45,194 nt of DNA from sequence record SRR31156797_3702; one strand, 5' to 3'. The position numbers and the translations under genes were made by a program. Of the stretch, positions 20,464-28,857 are shown in pieces (the first letter of the stretch is position 1; every line of letters starts with the position of its first letter). The notes below the pieces were generated by a model that had not been told where the DNA came from, did not search any database, and saw nothing but the letters and a program-made list of their open reading frames with translations.

Positions 20464-20892
20464 ATGGCTTATCCAATGACAGTATTTCACTTCCTGGTTG
20501 AGTGGGGAGGCACCCAGATCGGCTTTTCGGAAGTGACAGGATTAAACATCGAGGTTCAGCCCATCGAATATCGCCACGGCCTCAGCCCCGAATATTCGGT
20601 GATGAAAATGCCCGGCATGAAAAAGTACGGCAACATCACCCTCAAACGTGGGGTGTTTAAAGGCGACAATGAGTTTTACGACTGGTACAACCAGATCAAA
20701 CTCAACCAGCCCGAAAGGCGCGATCTCACCATCAGCCTGCTCGACGAAGAACACAATCCCGTGATGGTGTGGAAAGTGGTAAATGCATGGCCCACCAAAA
20801 TTACTTCGCCCGACCTGAAGGCTACAGGCAACGAGGTGGCCATCGAGCAGGTCGAGATCGTACATGAAGGTATTCGAATCGATAACGAGTAG
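20464..20892 (+). CDS. Tail tube protein (T4 gp19-like, Afp1-like)
   Basis: FSEVTGL, IEYRHG, KMPG, NITLKRG, AWPTK, NEVAIE. Confidence 0.95.
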   Translation: MAYPMTVFHFLVEWGGTQIGFSEVTGLNIEVQPIEYRHGLSPEYSVMKMPGMKKYGNITLKRGVFKGDNEFYDWYNQIKLNQPERRDLTISLLDEEHNPVMVWKVVNAWPTKITSPDLKATGNEVAIEQVEIVHEGIRIDNE

Positions 20893-20939
20893 CCCGGAAA
20901 ATTTATCAGTTTCATCAATTCTAAAAACCGGCAACAGCC

Positions 20940-21383
20940 ATGCCTGAAGATGCGCATAAAATACCTGTAGGGTTTCATTTTGCTGTGGATTTCGGACTGG
21001 GCATTTCACTGGGCGATCATTTTTTCCAGGAAGTGTCAGGGATTAGTGCGGAAGTCACTACGGAAGAGTTCCGCGAAGGCGGAGCGGATGTTAGTTACAA
21101 ACTGCCCACCGGCGTGAAATACAACAACCTGGTGCTAAAACGCGGGTTGGTAAACGACTCAAAAGTGCTCGACTGGTGCAGGGATGCAGTGGAAAATTTC
21201 AGCTTCAGCCCCTCGGAAATCACCGTGGTGCTGCTTAACGAAAACCACCTCCCATTGGCCATCTGGCAGTTTATGGGAGCCTATCCGGTAAAATGGTCGG
21301 TTACCGATTTTAAGGCAGAAGAAAATGCGCTGGTTATCGAAACGATGGAACTGGCTTATCAACGCATGCGAAAACTATTTTAA
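20940..21383 (+). CDS. Second tail tube protein (Afp5-like)
   Basis: PVGFHF, FQEVSGI, NLVLKRGL, AYPVKWSVTDF, IETMELAY. Confidence 0.92.
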   Translation: MPEDAHKIPVGFHFAVDFGLGISLGDHFFQEVSGISAEVTTEEFREGGADVSYKLPTGVKYNNLVLKRGLVNDSKVLDWCRDAVENFSFSPSEITVVLLNENHLPLAIWQFMGAYPVKWSVTDFKAEENALVIETMELAYQRMRKLF

Positions 21384-21385
21384 TC

Positions 21386-21547
21386 ATGCCCATTGAGATC
21401 AGAGAACTTGTGATAAAAGTTGAAGTTGGCAAGGAACGGGGTAATGCGCCCGCACAAGCAGGAGCCACAGGTGGCGACAAACAGCAAATCGTGCAGGAGT
21501 GCGTGGACCAGGTGATGGAAATGTTAAAAGAAAAAAAGGAGCGATAA
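21386..21547 (+). CDS. Small eCIS protein (DUF5908 / Afp6-like plug), not in the ORF track
   Basis: Manual translation MPIEIRELVIKVEV...IVQECVDQVMEMLKEKKER* (53 aa); fills the gap between tube 2 and the next ATG at 21548. Confidence 0.85.
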   Translation: MPIEIRELVIKVEVGKERGNAPAQAGATGGDKQQIVQECVDQVMEMLKEKKER

Positions 21548-22216
21548 ATGGCCGGACCATTGAAAAAACTGACCATTGAAGCACACCGTGAACCGGATTA
21601 TTCCGGCAGTGCTGCTGAGACTTTCACCGCGATGTTCAACCCAACGTCCTATACCCAGAAATATGAACTGGAATACCAGGACGAGCAGGGAGCCGGCACA
21701 ACGGGGAGCCCGCAGGTTTTCGGAAAAATCAAACCGCAGGATTACACCTTTGAGCTGGTATTCGACGGAACCGGGGCAATTACCGACACCAAGGATGTCC
21801 ATGAGGAGGTTGAGCATTTCCTGAAAGTCACCGGTAAGCATGATGGTGAAATCCACCGCCCGTTCTATCTCAAAATTTCGTGGAGTAAACTTACGGTAAA
21901 GTGTGTGCTCAAGTCTGCCGACATCACCTATAACCTTTTCAAGTCGAACGGTGATCCGCTCAGGGCAAAAGTCAAAGCCGTTTTTTCTGAGAACATCGAA
22001 GAAACGCTGCGTGTGGCCAAAGAACGGAAAAGCTCGCCCGATCTCACCCATGTAAAGCAGGTGCAGGATCAAACCACTCTGCCTTTGATGGCACATCGCA
22101 TCTATAAAAATCCGGCCTACTATTTTCAACTGGCTCAGGCCAACAAACTAAAACATTTCAGGAACCTGGAAACCGGGACAAACCTCACATTTCCTCCGGT
22201 TAAAAATGCCGAATAA
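21548..22216 (+). CDS. CIS tube initiator with C-terminal LysM-like domain (Afp7-like)
   Basis: LKKLTI, MFNPTSY, FDGTG, GDPLRAKV, SPDLTH...TLPLMAHRIY...LAQANKL. Confidence 0.88.
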   Translation: MAGPLKKLTIEAHREPDYSGSAAETFTAMFNPTSYTQKYELEYQDEQGAGTTGSPQVFGKIKPQDYTFELVFDGTGAITDTKDVHEEVEHFLKVTGKHDGEIHRPFYLKISWSKLTVKCVLKSADITYNLFKSNGDPLRAKVKAVFSENIEETLRVAKERKSSPDLTHVKQVQDQTTLPLMAHRIYKNPAYYFQLAQANKLKHFRNLETGTNLTFPPVKNAE

Positions 22217-22218
22217 CC

Positions 22219-23967
22219 ATGCCCGAAAACAGACGCATACCAACTTTGCAATCCACTGACCTGCCCGGGTTTAAGATTTTCTCAGAAGGGAACCAGGTGA
22301 GTGCGGAATACCAGGTTTTGTCGATCGTGGTTACAAAAGAGGTGAACAGGATCAGTACAGCCCGGATTTCGTTTAAAGACGGTTCGCCGGCTGAGGAGGA
22401 TTTCCCGATCAGCAATTCCGATGAATTTATTCCCGGTAAGGCCATCGATATTCAGGCCGGATACCATGGAGAGGAAGAAGTGATCTTTAAAGGGATTGTG
22501 GTGAAAAACAATCTGAAAGCCCGAAAAAACAAACCTTCGGTTTTTGAGGTGATATGCTCGGATATGGCCGTGAAAATGACGGTTGGGAGAAAAAATAAAT
22601 ATTTCTACGAATCCACCGACAGCGATATTATCAACGAAATTGCGTCTGAAATGAGCATCCAAACGGATGTTGAAGACACCACAGTCACATATCAAAGTAT
22701 GGTCCAATATTATGCAACCGACTGGGATTTCATCATTTCACGTGCTGAAGCCAATGGCAAGCTGGTTTTCACAGATGACAATACACTCATCGTGAAAAAG
22801 GCCGACCTTTCAGCATCACCTGAATTGAGCCTGCTATACGGTGGTAACATCATCGCTTTCGAAACGGAGATGGATTCCCGTGATCAGTTTGCCGGTGTAA
22901 AAGCCACCTCGTGGGACAAGGCCAACCAGGAACCGCTGGAAATAGAATCGGGTGCTTTTGCAGGAGACCTGCCCGGTAACATTGACCCGGAGACACTTTC
23001 GGAGGTCGTCGGGCTGGACAGCTTTAAACTGGACCATGGCGGAAGCATTGCAGATGCCGAACTCCAGGAATGGGCCGATGCGCAGAATCAAAAAAGTAAA
23101 ATCTCAAAGATCAAAGGCCGGATCCAGATTCAGGGTTTCTCAGGCGTAAAGCCCGGGCAGATGGTTGAAATGGGTGGCATGGGCGACCGTTTCAACGGAA
23201 ATGCTTTTGTTTCGGCTGTTCGTCACGAGATCAATGCCTCCAACTGGATCACCCATATCGGGCTGGGCATCAATCGAAAATGGTTTGCCGAGGAAGTTGA
23301 CGACATCATCGATGTGAAAGCATCGTCAATGCTACCGGCCATTAATGGATTGCAGATCGGAATTGTAACAGCGCTGGAAGGCGATCCTGACGGAGAATTC
23401 CGTGTGCAGGTGCGTATGCCGCTCATCGACCGGTCGGAAGGCGTTTGGGCACGTGAAGCCCTTTTGGATGCAGGTGACAACCGGGGATCATTTTTCAGGC
23501 CTGAAATCGGTGATGAAGTGGTGCTTGGATTTTTGAACGACGATCCACGTAACCCGGTAATACTGGGTATGCTGCACAGCAGCGCCAAACCGTCGCCGGT
23601 AGAACCCGCAGATGACAATCACGAAAAAGGATTTGTTACACGCAGCGAAATGAAGTTGCTGTTCGACGATGACAAAAAATCCATCACCATCGAAACGCCA
23701 AATGGAAACACCATCCTCATCAGCGACGACGACGGGATGATTGAGGTAACCGACGAAAACAACAACAAAATGACCATGGACAGCAATGGCGTTCTGGTGG
23801 AGTCGGCCAGCGATATCGTGATCAAAGCAACCGGAGACGTAGATATCGAAGGCACCAATGTGAATATCAAAGCAAACGCCCAGATGAAAGCCGAAGGCAG
23901 CGCAGGCACTGAGGTTTCATCAGGCGGTATGACAGAAGTTAAAGGGTCACTCGTAAAAATAAATTAG
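22219..23967 (+). CDS. vgrG: VgrG-like spike protein (Afp8-like)
   Basis: gp27-like N-terminus (VQYYATDWDFIISRAEANG), gp5 OB-fold GSFFRPEIGDEVVLGFLNDDPR, C-terminal beta-helix repeats ending GSLVKIN. Confidence 0.93.
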   Translation: MPENRRIPTLQSTDLPGFKIFSEGNQVSAEYQVLSIVVTKEVNRISTARISFKDGSPAEEDFPISNSDEFIPGKAIDIQAGYHGEEEVIFKGIVVKNNLKARKNKPSVFEVICSDMAVKMTVGRKNKYFYESTDSDIINEIASEMSIQTDVEDTTVTYQSMVQYYATDWDFIISRAEANGKLVFTDDNTLIVKKADLSASPELSLLYGGNIIAFETEMDSRDQFAGVKATSWDKANQEPLEIESGAFAGDLPGNIDPETLSEVVGLDSFKLDHGGSIADAELQEWADAQNQKSKISKIKGRIQIQGFSGVKPGQMVEMGGMGDRFNGNAFVSAVRHEINASNWITHIGLGINRKWFAEEVDDIIDVKASSMLPAINGLQIGIVTALEGDPDGEFRVQVRMPLIDRSEGVWAREALLDAGDNRGSFFRPEIGDEVVLGFLNDDPRNPVILGMLHSSAKPSPVEPADDNHEKGFVTRSEMKLLFDDDKKSITIETPNGNTILISDDDGMIEVTDENNNKMTMDSNGVLVESASDIVIKATGDVDIEGTNVNIKANAQMKAEGSAGTEVSSGGMTEVKGSLVKIN

Positions 23968-23969
23968 AT

Positions 23970-24248
23970 ATGCCGGCAGCAGCACGAATAACTGATACAT
24001 CCACACATGGTGGCACCATTGTAGGGCCTGGCGACCCGACCGTATTGATCGGTGGAATGCCGGCGGCAGTAGCCGGCGACAATCACATTTGTTCCCTGCC
24101 ACCAAATGTGCATCAGCCTACTGTGAGCCCTTTCCCCATGGGAAGCACTACGGTACTTATCGGCGGAAAACCGGCCATCAGGGTTGGCGATGTGTGCATC
24201 TGCGGCGCATCACCGGCCGTTGGGGAACCCACAGTTTTAATTGGATAA
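23970..24248 (+). CDS. PAAR-repeat spike tip protein
   Basis: MPAAARITD..HGG, TVLIGGMPAA, GSTTVLIGGKPAIRVGD, His/Cys residues as likely Zn ligands. Confidence 0.93.
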   Translation: MPAAARITDTSTHGGTIVGPGDPTVLIGGMPAAVAGDNHICSLPPNVHQPTVSPFPMGSTTVLIGGKPAIRVGDVCICGASPAVGEPTVLIG

Positions 24249-24250
24249 TT

Positions 24251-24661
24251 ATGGAACAGGAACATCAATTCATAGGTACAGGATGGGGTTTCCCCCCGAC
24301 ATTCAGAAAGACTGACCAGTCTGTGCAAATGGCTTCCGGAAGGGAAGACATCGAGCAGAGCCTGGAGATTTTGCTCAGCACCCGGGTCGGCGAACGGATC
24401 ATGCAGCCCAAATACGGCTGCAACCTCGACCGCCTGATTTTTGAGCCGCTGGACTCAACATTGGTGACCTTTGTGAAAGACCTGGTTGAAACGGCAATTC
24501 TGTATTTCGAGCCACGTATCCTGGTGAATAAAATTGCTGTGGAACCAGTGCAAAACGAAGGCAAACTGGAGATCAACATCGATTATACCATCGCGGTCAC
24601 CAACACGCGATACAACTATGTTTTTCCATTTTATAAAACCGAAGGAACCGAGGTATCATAA
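24251..24661 (+). CDS. GPW/gp25-family baseplate protein (Afp9-like)
   Basis: FIGTGWGFPP, DIEQSLEILLSTRVGERIMQPKYGC, FEPRI, NYVFPFY; true start is the ATG at 24251 just after the PAAR stop. Confidence 0.92.
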   Translation: MEQEHQFIGTGWGFPPTFRKTDQSVQMASGREDIEQSLEILLSTRVGERIMQPKYGCNLDRLIFEPLDSTLVTFVKDLVETAILYFEPRILVNKIAVEPVQNEGKLEINIDYTIAVTNTRYNYVFPFYKTEGTEVS

Positions 24662-27600
24662 TGAGCGAAAAGTGTTATAAGTTGAATCCGCTACAGCGGG
24701 ATGGAACCAATCAGAATCAGCGCATGGTGCAGGCGTTGCACCCTGCGTATGTTTCGGTGGATGAGCGCGAAATCGACGATCTGCTCATGTATGCCCGGCG
24801 GCTTGCCGAAAACATCAGGCATTACAACAATGCCAACGAACGAAACGGCGACTGGCTGGCTTTCATCGAAAACGACATCTCCACGCTGGTTTCCATCATC
24901 CTGAACAAAGACCTCGATGTGTTGAAATCATTATTTGATGACGCTTATCAGTTAACTACCTCATCAACCATTGACCAAAAGATTGATGGTATAGGTAATG
25001 AATTCAGGATATTATTCAGCATTTTTATTGAAGTAGATGCTTGGTATAAAAATTCGGTGACAGGCCTGGAGTTGGAAAAAGCACTTCAGGTTAAGATCAG
25101 GTCTGCTTTTAACGAAGCTTTGCGGAACGTGATTTCATTGTGCAGGATTTTTAAGGAAGGTACTGCACTCGATCCCTGCCTGATGGATACATCCTCTCTC
25201 GACGATATCTGGAACACCGAAAATATTGAAGACACCAGCCTGGTGGACGACCCGGCAGATTTGGCCGGCAGCGCTGAAGCCCTGAATATAATGGCCGGCG
25301 AACTGAAGCTGACCTTTGAAAAAGTATTTGGAGAACTGGAGGAATTGCAGGAAGCAGCTCCCGGCTATCTGGCCGAAACTCTGGAAAGCTACCCCGAACA
25401 CCAGCCTTACATGGCGCTGTTCCTGACCTTCCTGAGCCTTTTCATGCACGCCCGAGACCACATTAACACAATCACACGCAGGCACCTCAATTTTTATTAC
25501 CAGGATGTACTCCGGATTGAAAGCGCACCGGAAATTCCGGATCGTGTGCACATGATTTTCGAATTGGCCAGGGCTTTTCAAAGTCACCTGGTAGAAAAGG
25601 GAACCGCCCTCAAGGATGGAAAAGACCTCAATGGAGCAGAAATCTTTTTTTCCACCGACAACGAGTTGGTGGTCAATAAGGCGAAGATAGGTCCGGAAAC
25701 AGCCTTCAAATCCATTTTTATCGATAAGGCATATGATGCTGAAAATCCGGATCGCGATACGCCTTTTGAGATCAAAAATATTTATGCCGCTCCCATTGCA
25801 AACTCGCTTGATGGCCGTGGTGCCGACCTGGAAGATGAAGACGGCAAATGGCAGACGCTCGGGAACCACGAAATGCCCTATGCCAGCATCGGCTTTGCCA
25901 TCAGTTCGCCCATTCTTTTGCTGAATGAAGGCAGCCGGTCCATCACCTTCTCTTTTGACTTTGATGATCCGGATCAGGAAATTTTTGGCAAGGGTGTTTA
26001 TCACGAACAACTTGTTGCTTGCGAACTGAAGAATAATATGTCTGTGGAATTCAGTGGAGCGGAAGCATGGATTCCCGGAAAGATCATCGAAACGGAAGTT
26101 GAAAACCTTTCGGGAACAAAAGGCAGGTACACCTTTAAAGTTGAACTGGCACCGGAATCTCCACCGGTTGTGGATTACGATGATGAAGTACTGCTGGCCG
26201 GCTTTTCAGCCAAATTCCCTGTGGCCCGGTTTATCCTGAACAATGAAGGACTGGATGTGATATATCTCCCCGGATCCTTTGAACCGCTGGAGGAATTTGA
26301 CGAATTTACCAAAGTGAGCGACTGGCTTGCGGCACGGGCAATAAAGCTCCTCAACAACATGAGTTCCGCAGAGGAACTGGCAGGCATTGAACCACAGGAT
26401 GGCCCGGTGGTTGACAACCCTTTCACGGGATATGGCGACCAGATTGATGATTACGACATCGGGATCACTGTTGCCAAGCGCATCATCAACAAAAGAAATG
26501 GCTATGCCGGCAACAAATTTTCAAACCTGCGACAACTAAGAGGGATCAGTGGTTTTGGGGTTGACAAGTTGAACGACCTGCTCTATTCCGTAGATTGCCC
26601 CGACGTACAAAATATTCTGGACGAAAGCCCTGAATTTAATTCGGATGAAACCTATGCGCTGAATAATACGGTTTTCTACAACGAAGAATTATATAAATCG
26701 CTGATCGGTGACAACAAGGGTTTCAGGCCGGATGTAAATCCCGATCAGTGGATGCACATCGAAAAGTCATACCCCTATAAATATTTCAGGCCGCTCACAT
26801 TTGAAAAACTAAATATTAAAGTTGAAGTTACCGGTGTAAAGGACATCATCGTGGAAAACGATACCGGCCGGCTGGATTCGGCAAAACCATTCATGCCTTT
26901 CGGCCCAGTGCCCAAAGTAGGGAGCAGTTTTTACATCGGCAGCCGGGAAATCTTCAAGAAATATCTGGCCGGTCCTGATGCTTCGGAGGTGGATATTCAT
27001 GTTACCTGGACCAACCTGCCGGAGGATGGTTTTAATGATCATTACGCCAATTACCAGTACAAATCAGGCGGCAGTTTCGTTAAATATTTTGATGGCACCA
27101 ACGACGATTTCACTGCAAACATTGAGGTGCTGCACAAAAGCCGGTGGCATAACTTTGCTTCCAATCAAAAGCTTTTCAACTCCAGTGGCGACAATGTGTT
27201 GCCTGATAAGACATTTGAATTAAACGACCTGATCTCTGACAGGAATCCAACTTTAAAGGATTTTGAAGCCTACGGCCATGGCTACGAAAGAGGCTTCATA
27301 CGGTTTAAGCTAAACCGGGATTTTCTCCATAAATATTACGCCGAGGCCATGACCACATCAGCGCTAAATCCGGATAATATTGGCACTCCCCGTGAGCCTC
27401 ACACACCTGTTATCTCAGAAATCTCCCTGGATTACACCTCCTCCAGAGAAATCGATTTTACCCAACTGGATAAAAAAGACTTTGACGACCGTATCGAAAA
27501 GATGTTTCACATCCGCCCATTTGGCATCAATGAGTTTTTTGCCATTGATGATGATCCGGACGAAGAAATTTACACATCCCAAATGCTGGTTCCCGGATTT

Positions 27601-28857
27601 TTGATCACCGAGAAAAATGAAGAAACCGGCGAATTCATCACTGATCTGAACGGGAATCCCAGAAAAACGGACAGCGAGGGAACACTCTATATTGGCATTG
27701 ATGACCTGATGCCGGAACAAAACCTGTCGATCCTTTTCCAGGTGGCTGAAGGCAGCGAAAATCCCGGGAAAGAAAAACAGGAAGTCCGCTGGCATTATTT
27801 GTCTTGCAACATCTGGAAGGAGTTTGAACTCACGCAGATCATTTCCGACGATACCAATGGGCTCCTTCGCTCCGGCATCATCAAATTTTCGATGCCAAAA
27901 ACCATGACCAATGAAAACACTGTTTTGCCTCAGGGCAAACATTGGATCAGGGCCACGGTGGCAAGGAGTAGCGATGCCATTTGCAAAACCATCGCCATTA
28001 TGCCACAGGCTGTTTTAGCCACTTTTGTCAAGAGTGAGGAAAACGACCTGAACCGGCTCATCGAGCCCCTTGCGGAAGAATCGGTAACGAAAATGAAACC
28101 CGGCCATGCCGCCATTAAAAAGATATTGCAGCCCTTTGCCTCTTTCGGAGGCCAGGTAGCCGAACTTTCAGGCGATCCGGAAAATGCCGGCAAGGAAAAT
28201 AATGCCTACTACACCCGTGTAAGCGAACGACTGCGCCACAAACAACGCGGCATCACCATTTTTGATTACGAACGCCTGGTATTGCAGCAGTTTCCTGAAG
28301 TTTACAAGGTTAAATGCATCAACCACACCAGCGGGGAAAGTGAGCATCATCCCGGCTATGTGACGGTGGTGGCTATTCCGGACCTGCGCAACAAAAATGC
28401 TGTGGATCCGCTGGAACCACGTCTCAGCCTCAACAAACTGGAAGAGATAAAAAAATTCCTCAATCCGCATATCTCTGATTTCGTAACCCTGGATGTAAAA
28501 AATCCGGATTACGAAAAAGTACAGGTTTCTTTCAACGTACAGTTTTTGCCCGGCAAAGACAAGGGCTTTTACACCAGCCGGCTGCAGGAAGACATCCGCA
28601 AATTCCTTACGCCCTGGCTTTACGATGAAGGCAAGGACCTGATCCTGGGTGGCAGCGTACACCGCTCGGCGGTACTGAATTATATCGAAGAAACGGATTA
28701 CGTGGATTTCCTCACCGACTTCAAAATGTTTCACACCAACAGGATGGGCATTAAAAAAGAAGTGGAGGAAGCCAAAGCATCCACATCATCATCAACGCTG
28801 GTTTCGAGCAGCGAACACATTATAAATTTTGATATCGAAGTAGCATGCCTGAAATAG
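24661..28857 (+). CDS. Baseplate J/gp6-like protein (Afp11-like), 1398 aa, with inserted HhH and CBM-like modules
   Basis: RDGTNQ..R, QPYMALFLTFL, RRHLNFYY, PFMPFGPVP, QPFASFGG, RVSERLRHKQR...DYERLVLQQFP. Confidence 0.9.
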   Translation: MSEKCYKLNPLQRDGTNQNQRMVQALHPAYVSVDEREIDDLLMYARRLAENIRHYNNANERNGDWLAFIENDISTLVSIILNKDLDVLKSLFDDAYQLTTSSTIDQKIDGIGNEFRILFSIFIEVDAWYKNSVTGLELEKALQVKIRSAFNEALRNVISLCRIFKEGTALDPCLMDTSSLDDIWNTENIEDTSLVDDPADLAGSAEALNIMAGELKLTFEKVFGELEELQEAAPGYLAETLESYPEHQPYMALFLTFLSLFMHARDHINTITRRHLNFYYQDVLRIESAPEIPDRVHMIFELARAFQSHLVEKGTALKDGKDLNGAEIFFSTDNELVVNKAKIGPETAFKSIFIDKAYDAENPDRDTPFEIKNIYAAPIANSLDGRGADLEDEDGKWQTLGNHEMPYASIGFAISSPILLLNEGSRSITFSFDFDDPDQEIFGKGVYHEQLVACELKNNMSVEFSGAEAWIPGKIIETEVENLSGTKGRYTFKVELAPESPPVVDYDDEVLLAGFSAKFPVARFILNNEGLDVIYLPGSFEPLEEFDEFTKVSDWLAARAIKLLNNMSSAEELAGIEPQDGPVVDNPFTGYGDQIDDYDIGITVAKRIINKRNGYAGNKFSNLRQLRGISGFGVDKLNDLLYSVDCPDVQNILDESPEFNSDETYALNNTVFYNEELYKSLIGDNKGFRPDVNPDQWMHIEKSYPYKYFRPLTFEKLNIKVEVTGVKDIIVENDTGRLDSAKPFMPFGPVPKVGSSFYIGSREIFKKYLAGPDASEVDIHVTWTNLPEDGFNDHYANYQYKSGGSFVKYFDGTNDDFTANIEVLHKSRWHNFASNQKLFNSSGDNVLPDKTFELNDLISDRNPTLKDFEAYGHGYERGFIRFKLNRDFLHKYYAEAMTTSALNPDNIGTPREPHTPVISEISLDYTSSREIDFTQLDKKDFDDRIEKMFHIRPFGINEFFAIDDDPDEEIYTSQMLVPGFLITEKNEETGEFITDLNGNPRKTDSEGTLYIGIDDLMPEQNLSILFQVAEGSENPGKEKQEVRWHYLSCNIWKEFELTQIISDDTNGLLRSGIIKFSMPKTMTNENTVLPQGKHWIRATVARSSDAICKTIAIMPQAVLATFVKSEENDLNRLIEPLAEESVTKMKPGHAAIKKILQPFASFGGQVAELSGDPENAGKENNAYYTRVSERLRHKQRGITIFDYERLVLQQFPEVYKVKCINHTSGESEHHPGYVTVVAIPDLRNKNAVDPLEPRLSLNKLEEIKKFLNPHISDFVTLDVKNPDYEKVQVSFNVQFLPGKDKGFYTSRLQEDIRKFLTPWLYDEGKDLILGGSVHRSAVLNYIEETDYVDFLTDFKMFHTNRMGIKKEVEEAKASTSSSTLVSSSEHIINFDIEVACLK

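Noticed and set aside
24089-24250. N-terminal extension of the gp25 ORF given in the ORF track
   Set aside because: Overlaps the PAAR gene out of frame; the ATG at 24251 gives the typical F.G.GW.FPP start
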